From assembly GCA_000165425.1 (NCBI GenBank), contig CT868374.1, positions 372,001-436,000 on the forward strand: 64,000 nt of DNA, in the 5' to 3' direction. The stretch comes from Paramecium tetraurelia. Taxonomy: Eukaryota. Positions 12,288 through 26,711 of the stretch are shown piece after piece. The translations under genes and the position numbers were made by a program. The notes below the pieces were generated by a model. It searched no databases, was not told where the DNA came from, and saw only the letters and a program-made list of their open reading frames with translations. The first letter of the stretch is position 1, and every line of letters starts with the position of its first letter.

Positions 12288-15200
12288 TCAATAATCAACA
12301 TTTAATGTCATGGCTACTCCTTAAAGAATCCAATGACTAATATGTTCTTGGGTTCTAAGGTCAGCTTCAAAAACGAGACCGACTCCCATAGCATTACGTC
12401 TTGATTATGTAACATATACTGGTGTAGCTAAAGTGTCTAGAAAATATAAATTTAATAAAATTACCTTTCAACTTTAGTTTGTTAGCTTCAACTGGGATTA
12501 CTTGAATAAGAGGCATCTCATAAATCAATTCTTTGGGATTTTATTTTTTGAGACAATTGTTTTCAACATCCCATCTTGCTCCTTCCAAGTAGAGACCCTC
12601 AATATAGCATCCGAATTCCATTCTTTGAGTGATGTCTTTGGCCTTGAATTTCTTGGTGACTTAAGTATACAACCTACTTTTATCGAGAGCCCATGTTTTA
12701 GCTCTGCAAGTAGTTTGAATCAAAGCAGTGAGATAACTTTCTGGAATATGAAGACCAGATAGCCACATAACATAAGGTTCTTCTTTGCTTGCCCAGTATG
12801 AATATTATTAGACTCTTCTCTTGAAATGATTCATCCAAGATCCTAGTTTCTTTTCAGTTTGTGGTGCAAGTCTTCTCCACATTCCTGGTAAGAATCCATT
12901 GAACAGGGCTAGAGACAATTCATCTAGGTCATTACTCATACCGATTTCTCCCTTCAAGGCTCTCTTGAGATTAAAAAGTGACTCATTGATTTTGATAATT
13001 AATTTGTTGAATCTTTCAAGTTCTTAGAACAAGACAACTTAAGTTGGAGAGATGACTTCTCCTGCTTCCTTTCTCAGAGCTATTACATCCCAGATGACAG
13101 GCAATTTTGATAAGACATCTTCACTCACATCATTAACATACTTATCTTTATCAATGCCTCCTGAAACTGCACCTCCAGATGCTCTTAATTACAAAAGATT
13201 ATCCCAAATGGACTTTGCACTATTGGTGAAGTAAGTGATTTCTGCATTTGGATGTAAACCAAAGACTACAGGAGAGTTAATCAAAGGTAAATGATCAATC
13301 ATGGTCTAAAATCCTTCATGATTGAGTATTTTAGGTATTTCGTATTTGAAGTCCTCGCTTTATGCAAAGAGGAACTCTCTATTCTTATCAAAGAGGAAAT
13401 CTCCCATGTATTCATCCAAATATGTGATCAACACTCTTCTATCGTAGGAATCTGTCACTCTGCCTCCATACATGGCTTCTCCGATAAGATACTTAAGTGA
13501 ATTCCAAGGGATTGTTTCGTCTTTAGCATCATATGCCTTCCTCAAATACATAGACAATAGACTGCTACTAATGTTGAAATCTGATTCGTTGAAATCATAA
13601 CTGACATTCCATCCAATTTTACCATACTTTCTTCTGTCCAAAATGATTGAATGGAAGAAAGAGACCACATAAACCAAAGTTTTGTAGGCTACATGAGGAC
13701 AAGAGTTCAATGAGTTTTCATCTATCTTACTCATTATAGCTTTCATATTCAATTTCAAACCATCAGGTGGTTCTGTGACTACTTTCAGTGACTTTTATAA
13801 GATACCCAATGGGAATCTGTCTGTAGGTTATGTTGTCAACCACAATCTAAAATCTTTGTGTGGTTTTTGCATTAATTCCAACGTTTTTTCTAAATAACTC
13901 TTAAGCCATCCTGTCAATAAATGACAATTGGCCAACATCAACCAATGTCCTCTTTATGATGCAGCTTCAACAAATTGAGATGCTTCTTATTCACTACCTT
14001 ATCCAAGGGACAGATTTCTGAATTTGGCTCCTGTGAATCCTTTTGAGTCACCCAATTTCATTACATCTGGTAATGGATCAGCTCCTGGTGACAGAATAAA
14101 TACAATAGGTGATTTTTCATTGGATTAATCGAAGATCTTTTCATAATTGATGATGGGTGGTTACACATAGTTGGAATTTCCATAGATATCTTGAATATAC
14201 TTTTTGACTCCATTGATAACACGATCAGGTCTAAAGACTCTCAATAACAATAAGATTTAGAATGAGTTCAATTTAGTGTACCCTTCAGGTAAGGTTTCTA
14301 ATTCAGGTCTTTCATGATCATACCATTTCTTCCACTCCTTACCATGCTTTTCTAAATCATCTGCCAATAATCTATAGATATCAGCCAATTGCATCAATCT
14401 CATAATATCCTTCCAACCAGAATCAGGCACCCATTCATATGGTTTCTATCTTTGAACCTATTCAAGTGAGGTGTTTCCTTTTAAGAAGAAATCCAATTCC
14501 TCATGATTTAACAATTTCTCACCATCTTAAATCATAATAGTCATTTAGAAAGCAAACATCAATTTATGGATTTCAAAAATACCCAAACAAGTGTAATCAT
14601 AAACATTACTGGTTAACTTATCAATGATATTTCTCAATCTTGACTCCAAGATAGTATCTTTTCTAGCATCTCTCAAGGATTGATTAAACACTTATAAATA
14701 GGCACTTAGAGAGTATTCATACATTTCTGAAATTGAACTCAATGAACTCATGGCAAAAAACAGAATGGCTCCTCTCTTAGCCACAGTGGTGTAACTTTAT
14801 CTTGCTTGTTCGATTTCTTAACTTGTAATCTATCCATCATTAATGGCCTATTGAATTTCTTCGGATTTTGCTTTGGTTTGATCAAGTGTATTAATCAACT
14901 ATACATTATCTAACAAAGATCCTTAAGCTTCTGATAATCTCTGTAATAAGTCATCTTCTGCTTCCTTCAACTTTTTCTTGTTCTCACTCATACTCTAAAT
15001 AAGTTCTAATCTTTGCTTCTCTTTGTCTGGTCTTTCAAATGAAACTACCACATTTAATAATTGATCTCTCAATCCAGTTAAGGTAACTGTGTAATTGATA
15101 ACCATAGTCTTTGACATAATTTCTGGGGTGTACTTTGGATTGGCCAATTTAGTTGTGAAGTACAATCTAAAATCATCATTATAGTCAATAGTGTTTTCAC

Positions 15201-18200
15201 CCAATTTGATACTCTTCATGCCTGCCTTGATGATGAAGTTCTTTTCTAAAATTGGATCAATGGTGGGATCCAATTCTTCGTCCACATTTTCAAATAAAAA
15301 GGGTTTACCATATCTAATACAATTTTCTAAAGGTTTCAAAAACACACCAGCTCCTTCATTCAAATTCAGAACCTTGAAGGCTATGTCTTTCTCTTCCCTT
15401 TTCTTGATCCAATTCACTGCCTATAGTTGTGGATCAATACACAAAGGCCATCTTGATGCTCTGGTAGTGAGGATACCGTTTTAAACTGATAATTCATCAG
15501 ATGGCAATCCTTCAGAATTCCATTAGGAAATTTCAACTGCACTACTCAACAAATCTTCGAATTTGAATTCCGAATTCATAGGCAATTCCTTTTCCCTGAT
15601 GTCAACCATCCAATGATCGTAAAGCATTTTTCTTCTAAATGAATAGTCGAATGGGCCGACATAACTCAGGAAAGAACTGGCAATCAAACAATCTCCAATC
15701 AATTACTATGTCATCTATGCCAATTTACCAGTGTCTTCTGTCCATCTTTTCTTCTCGCCTCCCAAACCTTCAATCAATTTCTTTGCAGCATTCAATTTCT
15801 TTTCCATCTCTTATGCTTGAGCAGTCAATTCAGCTAATCTTGCAGCCTTTTAATCACTTTGTACTTGTAATTCAGCCACTTCCTTTTACAAAGCCTCCAA
15901 TTTAATAGCAGTATTTCTCAAGTCCTCTTCAGTAACCTCTTTTTACTTGGTCATGGCCTCCAAACGTAACTTAAGAGGTTCCACCTTCTTATACACATCG
16001 TAGAAATTAACTGTAGCTGTTACCCATGTGTATAGACCACTTGCAGCTTTTGAAATCTTCTATATTTCATCTAAACGATTCTCTGGATTATTCTGAGCAC
16101 TTCTAATTTTTTCAACCTAGTTTCTTGTCACCTTTCCAATCTTGTTACCGTAATTCTACAATTATTCTAACAATTTCATTGGATTATTCATCATTTATCT
16201 GGCAGCATTCCAACCATCTCCTTCGATACCATCTATTGGTTTAAAGATAAGCAACATCGATGCAACTGCTGCAACTGGTTTAGGTGGTGAATTCAAGGCT
16301 TTCAATTCAACCAACTCCTTTTAATCAATCTTATTAAGAGCATCCTTTGCAGACTCTAAAATAGGAATGGCCTCTTTAAGAATTTAATCGGCTTCCGCTT
16401 ATTTTTAATTGATTTCCACACTATCTACCTCCAACTTCTTCTTCTTTATTGACGCCTCTTCATTGTCCTTTGTGGCTATCTCCTTTTTGCCATTAATGAT
16501 TTTGAGCAAATCCTCAACCTCCTTGCTTTCACTTGTCACTTCCACTTTCTTAATTTCTAATTCCTCTTGCAACACCTTCACTTATTCAGATGCCTCATCC
16601 AACTTCTAAACACCATTAGTGTATCTCACAATAAGATCCTGATATTTCTTTCTGTTGACAGCCAATAATCGTTTGTAATTGGATAAGAAATCCAAATAGT
16701 TTTTGGGAGTACTGAAATTCTTCCTCCTCAATTATAATTCGAAATCTCTTGAAAACATTTAGATGCTCTCATGAACTTTGGTGATATGCTGAATAATCTT
16801 GGGTCTAAATGTTTCGTCCTCCAAATTCTCCTCCTTCAAATACTCAGTAGCCACACTAACCAAAGCCTCTTCAGGCCAAGGGAAGAACCAATTAATTTGA
16901 GTGTTACTAACCAAGCCTGGGAAGTTACGACATCTGATTCTCAAAGTATCTCCAGCTGGACTCATACACAAAACAATGTGCATGTTGTCTCTAATTTTTT
17001 CAAGGAAATAGTTCCACAATTCATCCTTCGTTTCCAAAATACCTTTTCTTTTTGCCTCATCTCTCACCTTGTCACCCATCTTCTTCTTGCCATCCTCATC
17101 AAATAGAGCTGGCACCATTCCTATTGTAAGCATATTGTTAATCAATTCCAAGAAACCTTCCTCCAAAACGTGAGCATCAGTAAACAAGAAAATCGTAGGT
17201 TTCTATGTCAAAAGCTCATACAAAGTCTTCAAATCTTCTCTAAATTCTTTCTCCTTATATCCTCTTGTTAAGGTAATTTAGAAGATATCATAACTAGCAG
17301 TAAATGCACTTAATCTAGTCAAAGATTATTTACCACTACCACCATAACCTACTAATAAAGCATGTCCTAATGGGAATCTGATTATTCTGTGAATTTTAGT
17401 TAAGTGTTCTAAGGCATCTTTGAACAATACAAGATTCATTTCCTTGATTTCTTCATTATAATCTTACAACAAAGAGTTGAATTTTTAACCAACCTTTTCA
17501 AATCCACCACAATCTTCATATAATTTAGGATCCACCACATCTGGATCGAGTGGGTTAGCTGTTAGATAATCACCAAAAAGCATTGGATCTTATATTGCAT
17601 ATTCAATTGTATCACTAAAGTGTTCTCTAATCAAACTTGGAATTTTGTCTACATTAATTAGGTCTCTATCCTAATCATTGATTAGACGATCCACAAAGAC
17701 ACGGGTTACTTCATTTCTCCATAGTCTGATGAAGGACTCCTTTGTTTAGAATTTGTCGAGTGTACTTCTACACAATCCCTCGTAGATTCTACTTAGATCT
17801 CTCAAGTTGAAAATGTAATGAAACTTGACTGGAGTACGAGGTAATTGTATTACAATGGCATTGTAAATTTGTAAAGTGGCTTAAGTTATTTTAGCAACAG
17901 TGGATGACACTTCTTCAGGGAATCCTTGTAAGTGTGATTTCAGAATAGAATTGTAAATTCTCTCTAAATTTTCATTGGATGGGAAGAGTAATTGATAACA
18001 ATTGAACAAACTCAAGAATCTTGGATCAAGGGGATTGGCACCGACATTTGGTGGTAGAACTGCAGCCACAAATTAGGTGTCTTTGATAATCTTTTGATCT
18101 AGATTTTGACCTCTTTCATAACAGAATCCTTTTTCAATCAAGAATTTCAACCAAGCAATAGGTTATTATGTACCATAAATATCAACTTTAGGCATATGGA

Positions 18201-21200
18201 TATCATCAATGAAAATGATGAGTTTTTTACCTGCAATTTTTGGTCCAAAGATACGACCTGATCTCTTATCAATGTTTTCATCTAATGCAGTTTACACATC
18301 TATTGATTTTGTTCTGGATGAAAAGTTGATATTCAATTTCATGTAGTTTTCAGATGGCAAAGAATTCAAATAGTTTGAGATAATGACTGATTTGGCAGTA
18401 CCACTATCTCCTACAAACATACATGGTTGTTTATGAGTAATATTTTATCCTAATAGATATGAGAATCTCTTAGTATCAACAGTTGGAACCAGGATTTTTG
18501 AGAACTTTCCATCAGGAGGTGGTTAATATTCAGTCACTTTCTTTTCCCAAGCAACCCAGGCTTTATTATCCTGAGTATAATCAAAGAAGAGATCGAACAA
18601 TGAACCAGGAGGGATGTGTCTTTATGCAACTCTTCTTAATACTTCTTCGAATTTCTTACGAGCTTCAAACTTTAAGCATGCACCAAGTGACCATACTATT
18701 GCGAAGATGTAGGCTAATTCTAGATTTTCTTATTCAAATTAAGGATCTTCTTCGTTGATAATTGTGTCCAACATTTTGGTCAATTAAGTGATGCAATTTA
18801 GATTTGTTCTGGGAATTGAAAAATCTAAAACATGACCTTATTCTTCTCCATCAATACCTTCAAATATGAGATTCATTAGAGGAGGAATGTACTTAGAGTA
18901 AAACTCTTCCAAGTTTTATTTCAAACCTTCTGCTTTATCTCCTTTCTTTTACCATTTTGACAACCACTTATCATAAAATGGTTTGAATCCTAGATTTTTT
19001 GGATCAACATAAACCATACCACATCTACTAATAGTAGCAGGTGATGCATATTAAAGATCGTATACTTCGAATAACAATTTACAAAATCTCTCTAGACGAA
19101 TACGATCACCATTAATAAGAGTTAATAACTTGTTATCATCCATGACTGAATTCATATTTTCAACCCAAACAGCATCTACATCACCATCTAATAGAATCCA
19201 TCTTTAATGCACTTCTTACTAACCAGATGGCTTTTCATTAGCAATTCTGAAAATCTTACTCAAAATTCCATCCTTCCATTCTCTAGTTGTCATTTCCATA
19301 ACACCATATAATTCATTAACAGTGATTGACTTAGGATTGATGCAATAATAAGTAGCACTTTCTACTCTTTTTAAGATTTCAATAACAGCAGATTTTCCTG
19401 ATCCAGTTGGTCCAACAACCATTGTAGTATGTCTAGTCAACATGGTTTCATACAATTGAACCACTTTATCAATTTAATCATCCAATGGTCGATATCCTAA
19501 TTGTTCAACGATCTCTTAGATTTTATCCTTCTTCTCATATGGTTTTCTCTTAACATCGATTTTAGGGAATAAATCTGTGATCAATCCTTAAAACAATGGA
19601 ACATCCTCAAAAATGAATTTAGGCATATTCATATCTCTGAGTGCTCTCATCAAGACAGTATCTTCAGGTAGATCAGCTGCCTCTCTTTTCAGAGAACCTG
19701 CCATGACCAACACACTCTTCAAAGCTCTCAAACCAAAATCATAATGGTATTGTTTACTCAATTACTCACTACCCAATTTGTACAGCACTGTCATCTTTTT
19801 GGCTAGAACTCTGGCTGAATTGAATCCCTAACTCATCAACATGATTTCGCAAATGATATTTGAATCTGGAACAACCATAACAACTGGTCTAAATAGAGCC
19901 TTTAAGTTATCAGGCAATTCAGTTCTACCAGCATAACCTGGATTCATTGTTACGAATATTCCTACTGTTGTTTTAACTTGAACTTCCTTCTTTAACAATT
20001 CGATGGTCTTCTTATCTTAAACCAATGCTTGTTGTATTGTCTTGATCTAAACACTCACGACACTCAGCACTTCAGCTGTGATTCTATTGAATTCATCAAA
20101 ACATCCCCAAAATCCAGTCTAAACCAGACCACTAAAGATAACTCCCATTGCCTTGTAATCTAGACCTTCACCACAATTTGTCACACAACATCTAATGGCT
20201 AAAGACTTTGCTAGATCCTTAACAGTTTCTGTTTTACCAGTACCTGCAGGTCCAGCTGGTGCACCTCCCAATTTGAATGTCAATGCAGTCGTCAATGTCA
20301 TAACACATCTATCTGTCAATGGAGTAATAACTAATCTTCCATTCAATCCTTGATATTCGTATCCATAAGTGAAAGTACCTGTACATTATCTAATTCTTAT
20401 GTCATTCTCATCCAACACCCAATAAAATCTTAATTGGGATTCCCATTCAAATTCCTTAGCATCCAATATTGAGTCTTTTACAAAGAAGTCAACAATATCT
20501 CTTGCATGAACATCAACGATAATTAAAGTATTGATCTTAATACGATCAATCATTTTAAGGTCTGTTCTTACTAAATCAATTAAATCATCTAGATCCTTTG
20601 TTTGCTTCTTTAACTCATCTTTCATTGCATACTTATTACCCTCCTTAACCTTGCGAAACACATCCTCTACTCTCCATGTCCACCAAACTTATGTGCCTGC
20701 AATTGATATCATACCAATTTGACTAAGAATCCAAGGCACTCTCTCTTTATTAGCATAATGGAATGTAGCCTCTTTTGTCATCTTCTTAAGTGTTGACTGC
20801 ATTTCCTCATCAACTCTTGTCATCCATAATTCAACTGGGCCATCAGTTTTCTATGGTTCTTTATAAGAAAACTCTTCTGATTCATCAGATGCCATACCAA
20901 TGACCATTTTATTTCTGGAAAGTAACATTTCTCTACAATTATCAAACAATTTCAATGTGTGAGGTTAGACAGCAGATACATCACTTGATCCCAAAATTGA
21001 TAGCAAATCATCATCTGATAAGAAATAAAACCTTGGGAACACATTTCTCTTGGTGTCTAAATAATCTGATAAAGATTTCTATCTTTTATCCAATTAATCA
21101 GATAATGCTTTCAATTCACTGAGTCTGCCATCATTGACAACACAACTTGCATAGATATTTGGATTCTTTGCAGTTTGTTCCATTATCTTTTTATATGCTT

Positions 21201-24200
21201 TATCGTTTTAATCAAACTTCTTTGAATCTTCTCTCAATTATTGTCTGATATCCTCAGATCCCATAAAGATACCTTCTAAATCCTACCATTTCTTCTAGAC
21301 CTACAACCAAACATCGATAACTTCACTTATTCTATTTAATGCCTATTCCCAATGTCTGATACGTGAGATGAAGGCTGCAACATACTTACTACTTGACACT
21401 GTTTATAAATTGGCCAATTGATCTTCCAACAATTATTTAATCTCATCAACTGTTTTTATGACTTAATATCCTTTCTTATCTTTGTCAATTATAAAGCTTG
21501 CAGTTTTCCAAGCTTATTCAATTTTGCTGATTTCCTCTTCATTCTTATGCTCCTAATTGGCTTCAGTGCAAATTTCAGTAACCTTCTCTGGGAATCTTGC
21601 CAAATTCAAAGCAAACACTTATTCTAAAGTCATACTCTTAATGGAAGTCTCGAATTTGACACCTGTTTCCTTCATCAATTTCTCCCAATGTCTGTCTGTA
21701 ATAGCTCCACTCTTCAATTATTAAATCAAAGGAATTGAATCTTTGAAATCAGTAATCTTTTTTGCTAATTTCTCATACACTGTATTCTTCTCATATTGCT
21801 TTGCCAACTTCTTCTTTTGCTTGTCAAAGTTATCAGCTCCATTCTTCAATAAATCAGCATCCAACTTAACCCAAAGCATGACTGACCATTCTTGAATCTA
21901 ATTTTTCACTGTTCTATAACAATCATATAAAACAGATAGGACCTTATTTTCCTCTTCAATTGCAACCAATTCAGGGAATGAAGATATGGGTAAATTGAAT
22001 AGCTTTTCTGCCTTGACCAATTCCTCTCTTCTTGCATTCAACTCAGAAACAACTGTCTTATATTCTTGTAGAGATTCCAAACCTTTATCCAAGGAAGTAC
22101 TATCAGCACCTGGACCACTTGCCTTAAAATCTTTATAGAGTAATTTAATATTTTCCTTAAATTGCTCTACTTCTTTTTTTGTCACTTCAGCAAATTCCTT
22201 TTTCTTTTCAACTAATTTGGAATCCTTCTTCTTTGCATGATTAACCAATTCATTCCATCTATCATTCAATGAAAAAGCTTCTTCCAACTTCTCTTACTCC
22301 ACATTTTGCTAATACATTTTTAAGGTTCTAAACCTTTCAGTTACATCACCCATCTTAAATTCCATATTCATTGTCATATTCTTGATCTCTTAAATTAAGT
22401 TCAAAAGCTTCTTTAGATCTTCGATATCCTTTGGCTGCACCATCAATTGTTCTCTATAATCATCAATCTCCTTCTTAATTGCTTCTAATTCTCTCATGCC
22501 CAATGTCTTTAATACGATACCATGCTTATCCATCCAATCTTTAGCCTGAGCCTTGAAGCTTTCAATGACATTTCCAAAATATTCAGAAATAAAGAAGGCC
22601 TTTCTCTCCCTAGGGTACTCTTCAAAATCTTAAATCAAACCCTTGTACTAGCTCATCTTTATTTCCAAGGATAGAGTGGTTGGGTTTTTATCAATAATTT
22701 TCTCAACGGCATGCTTAGCCTTTTGATCCCATAGAGGCTTCTTTTTATCATCCTCCCACATTTCCTTAAAGTTATTCACTTTATCACTTGCCTTCTCCCT
22801 TATAATACCAATCTACATGGCAATACGAGTAATGATAGGATTTCTAATAATTTAGCTATAGAAGGTATGATACTAGATTTCTTCATTGGCACTTCGACTT
22901 TACTTCTTTTCACAGAAAATACAATATCCATCCATCCATCTCCAGAATCCTTATGAGGCCTCTTTAATGCTTGTTGAAATCTTTTCCAAAACAGTAGTCA
23001 CCTCAGGAATGGGAGGAATAGTATTCAATTGCGGATGATTATACTCAGCAGTGATTTAAAATAAGGGCACTTATTTACCACTTGGTTGTTACAATAAATT
23101 TTTAAAGGTTAAAAATCCTCTAAGAGTCATTTTCACTAAAGCATTGTATATTCTTCTTTCCCAATAGTAATAATATTCCCTCATTCGAGGTTCCCCCTTC
23201 GATGAACTATTGAAAATTGATTCCTCAATATTTCTCAGGAAATTATCACCTACTAATTTGTATTTCTCCACCAACTCCTCTATTGTTTTATTTAGATGTT
23301 CTTCGAAGTAACTTTAGAACTCATTCAATTAGGGCAGAGATGCATTTTCCTTTCTTGTTTCAAAATCATACTCTCTCAAAATTTGAGCTTCTTCAATTGA
23401 TTTCACGATATCCTCAATCATTCCTGTAGATTTTCTCACTTTCTTCTTAATATCCCTGAATTCATTAATTGCTTTAAGACAATTGTCAATGAAATCTGGA
23501 ATGCCCAAAGATGCCAAATTCAAAGATTCATGTCCAGGTTCCAAGGCCCTATTTAATTTCATGATCTTCTCTTTCAACAACTCCTTTTCAATTGGCTGTA
23601 AGGTGTGAACAGCCTCGTCATATTCTCTTAACATAATCTACAATCTATCGATATATCCATAGAATTCCTTCTCTAATTTTGAGATGTTGATGGTTGTCTA
23701 ATTGATTTTATATCCCATTTTTTCAAGTTGCTTCGTTTCCTTAATTAAAGTCTTGAATTCATCCTAAAAGAACACTGTATATCTACGATTCCAACTTCCT
23801 TCTTCCTTAGGTTGTTCATGTTTGGTCAAAATCCTATTTTTTTGATATTGCAAAGCTTTTTCTGTGATAGATTTCTCCCAACTTTCAAATTTTTCCTTTT
23901 GGAATTGATCCAACTTCTTAGCCAAGGTTCTGTATTCATTTTTGGCTTCATTATATTATGATCCCAAATTTTTAGGATTCTTACTCTCCTTGTTCTCTTG
24001 TTTCTCTTGTTCGTCCTTCTTTTCAATAAAAGTTTCTTCTCTTGTTATGAATTTAAGAACAGGTCTTTTGATTCTATAGAATATCGACCTTGCCCAGCTT
24101 ATTGATCCTGCAACAGGTGGACGATTTTTGGATGATATCAAAGAAACATCAGTGGACTGCTGTCCTTTTTCAAATAGACCTTGATTCTACTTTAACTCAT

Positions 24201-25593
24201 TCTTATATTGGAATAACACTTCCTGATACTTTTTCTGTAAAGTTGTACTGATGTCCTCTAATGTGTCGATGCTTTTGAAGTTTTACAATAAATCAAAAGC
24301 TCCTTCTGCAGATCTCAAGGATTTAAAGGTTTCATCAATTAAATCAATGGTTTTCTAAACGATTTACTTTTAATTCTCTTAAAACTTTTAATAGATGGTT
24401 TTCCATTGACCGGCATTCTGTTTTTAAAAGAAATTGTAAGGGCTATTGACAATGGGAGTGATCAATTATTTGACATCCTCTATTCTTTTATCAATTTCTT
24501 AAGCATTTCCCGTGACCTTTTTTAAATTTGGTCCCAAAAACACTAGGAATTTTCTCACAGTGTCAATTACCTTCCTCAACTCATCCAATCTATTAGCCAT
24601 ATACTCGATTCTCTCTTGAATAGTTCTGACTGTGAAATCCCAACGATCAAGATTCTCCTCTTCGATAGCTAATTTAGTTTTGTGATAGAGATCCTTCCAA
24701 GACTTGAGAATTTCTGAGCCTTGCATGATTAGGTTGATGCTTGCTTCCAATTGTTATTCATAGGGTAGGTCATCTCTCAGAGTGAATAATTAAGGTATTT
24801 TAATTTAGGATTCGACCTTATCGGCAATTTCTTCTGAAATCAATTGCAGCAGGTTCTACATCTTATCTCCTTCTTTGTAATGGCGAGAGATGATCCACAC
24901 CATCTTGAGTCCATTCATGAGGGAAGGCAATGTCTCTTTGATTCCATTCAATCCATCCTAGTCAAGATTCTTGAACTGTCTTTCCAGAGTAGTTAGAAAT
25001 TTAACGTTGTCTTTGGCTTCAGCCTGGGCCTTGGTTAACTCTGCAAATTGACCATTAAATTCCAAGACTGAGGATTGATTGTCTTCTAAAAAGGTTTGCA
25101 ATCTCTATCTCACCTTGGCAACGATGGGGTTTTACTATAATAGGGTTATGAAGTTGCACATACCAATTGTTAATACAAAGTACTCAAATTTGCCGATCGA
25201 GATCTCCATAACATGATGTCGGCCAGGGCAGAATTCTTCTCTGTTTTTCTACTAGCCTCCTTCAATATGGTCTGTCGGATTGTTTGTGACCATTTTCCTA
25301 TATATTCTTCATACTTATCCATAAGTTCATAATTCTTCAGAGCAGTTTCATCATCGACTTAATCGACAACATCCGGCAGCTCAATTGTGATGGTACCAGA
25401 AACCTGTACATATGAGTAATATGAGTACCTGTTGGCTCGAATGTTCGATTTGGCTTGTGAACTTCTAGAGAGTGGTCCTCAATTCGACTTTGGATTCTAA
25501 TGGGATGTACACTCTCTCTACTAGCAACTGGAGCATTTGCAGTTGCTTGATGTTTGTGGGTTTTGCACTTTAAAGTGCACTTTTTGAATTCAT
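12288..25593 (-). CDS. DNAH10: Axonemal dynein heavy chain, inner-arm I1/f alpha (DNAH10-like), ~4400 aa
   Basis: Four P-loops: [47 protein letters not shown]-terminus [16 protein letters not shown]. Introns at 25404-25428, 25135-25163 and 12437-12464. Subtype is from motif recall. Confidence 0.93.
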
Positions 25594-25681
25594 TAAAAAT
25601 AATTATGATTAAGATATTTAATTCCGATTTGTTTAATAATTGCAGAGTACTATATTATAAACTAGATAATAATTCAATTCA

Positions 25682-26704
25682 TCAGTTGCTGATAAATTAT
25701 TATTTTGTTTAAGGAGTCTTAATTTCCGATAGTACAATTTGTAGTTTTGAGTCTTCCTCTTCTTCGGAGGAGTGCTGATTTTAAAACTTAAAATAGGGTT
25801 CAGTTCTGATTTAATATTCTTGGTTATATTTAAATTCACAAGCCTCATTTATAAATTCGATAATCCTCTATAAGGTGGTGGATGGCCTATTGGAATTATG
25901 ATCTCCTTCACAGATGTCCAATTTTTTAGGCATCTAACAATTCTCATACAATTTAAGAGTGTATTGATAGGAAATGAGAGTATCGGATTTGCCTGCCACA
26001 AAAAAGAACTTTTTATTTGGTATGACTTGTTTCAACTTGTCTATTGGGTTAAGGAGATTGATGTCAAATTGGGCCTAGTTCAATATTTTCCTCCTCAGTA
26101 TTGGGATGGCAAGATATAATACGAAGGAGAAGACTCCAAATTGTCTATTCCCGATGTCTTACAGCAATTATCGGAATTCAGAAAAAGCACTGTCGATGAT
26201 GTAAGTTCTAATTTTGGAATTTTCAGTTAAGAGAAGTGCAGTAACTGCTCCCATACTACGACCCCAGAGCATGAATTCGTCGACTTTCCCAAAATTATTC
26301 TCAATGTATTTCATCAATTCAATGACATCTTGACTCTCGTATACTCCCATGGTAATAAATTCTCCTTTGGACATGCCACAAGCAGCAAAATCTAAAACAC
26401 ATAAATTTATATCCCATGAAGCCAAGACTTCAGCATACCTGATGCCTTCCAATCTGCAACTTGCATTGCCATGTAAGTAAATCATGCATCTATGATTTTT
26501 TGATCTCGTCAAAAAATAACTAGCGTTCAATTGTATGTTTCTGGATTCAAATACAAAATCCATTCTGACTATTGCTTTAGTTTGAAGAAATCTGATTTTT
26601 GGTCCTTTTTATATTTGTAAATGCATGTTACCTAAATCACTGATCATATATTGTCTGCGAGGGGGCCTAATAATTTGACGACAATATGAATCAAAACAAT
26701 TCAT
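25682..26704 (-). CDS. Alpha/beta hydrolase
   Basis: IIRPPR, YLHGNASCRLEG, WGRSMGAVT nucleophile elbow, EGDHNSNRP catalytic His; one intron near 26605-26631. Confidence 0.92.
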
Positions 26705-26711
26705 AATTATT

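Noticed and set aside
12502..23429. Plus-strand ORFs overlapping the dynein gene
   Set aside because: Antisense to a well-supported CDS, with no motifs of their own.
13360..24750. Dynein fragments as separate genes or a pseudogene
   Set aside because: All are in one frame and separated only by TAA/TAG Gln codons.
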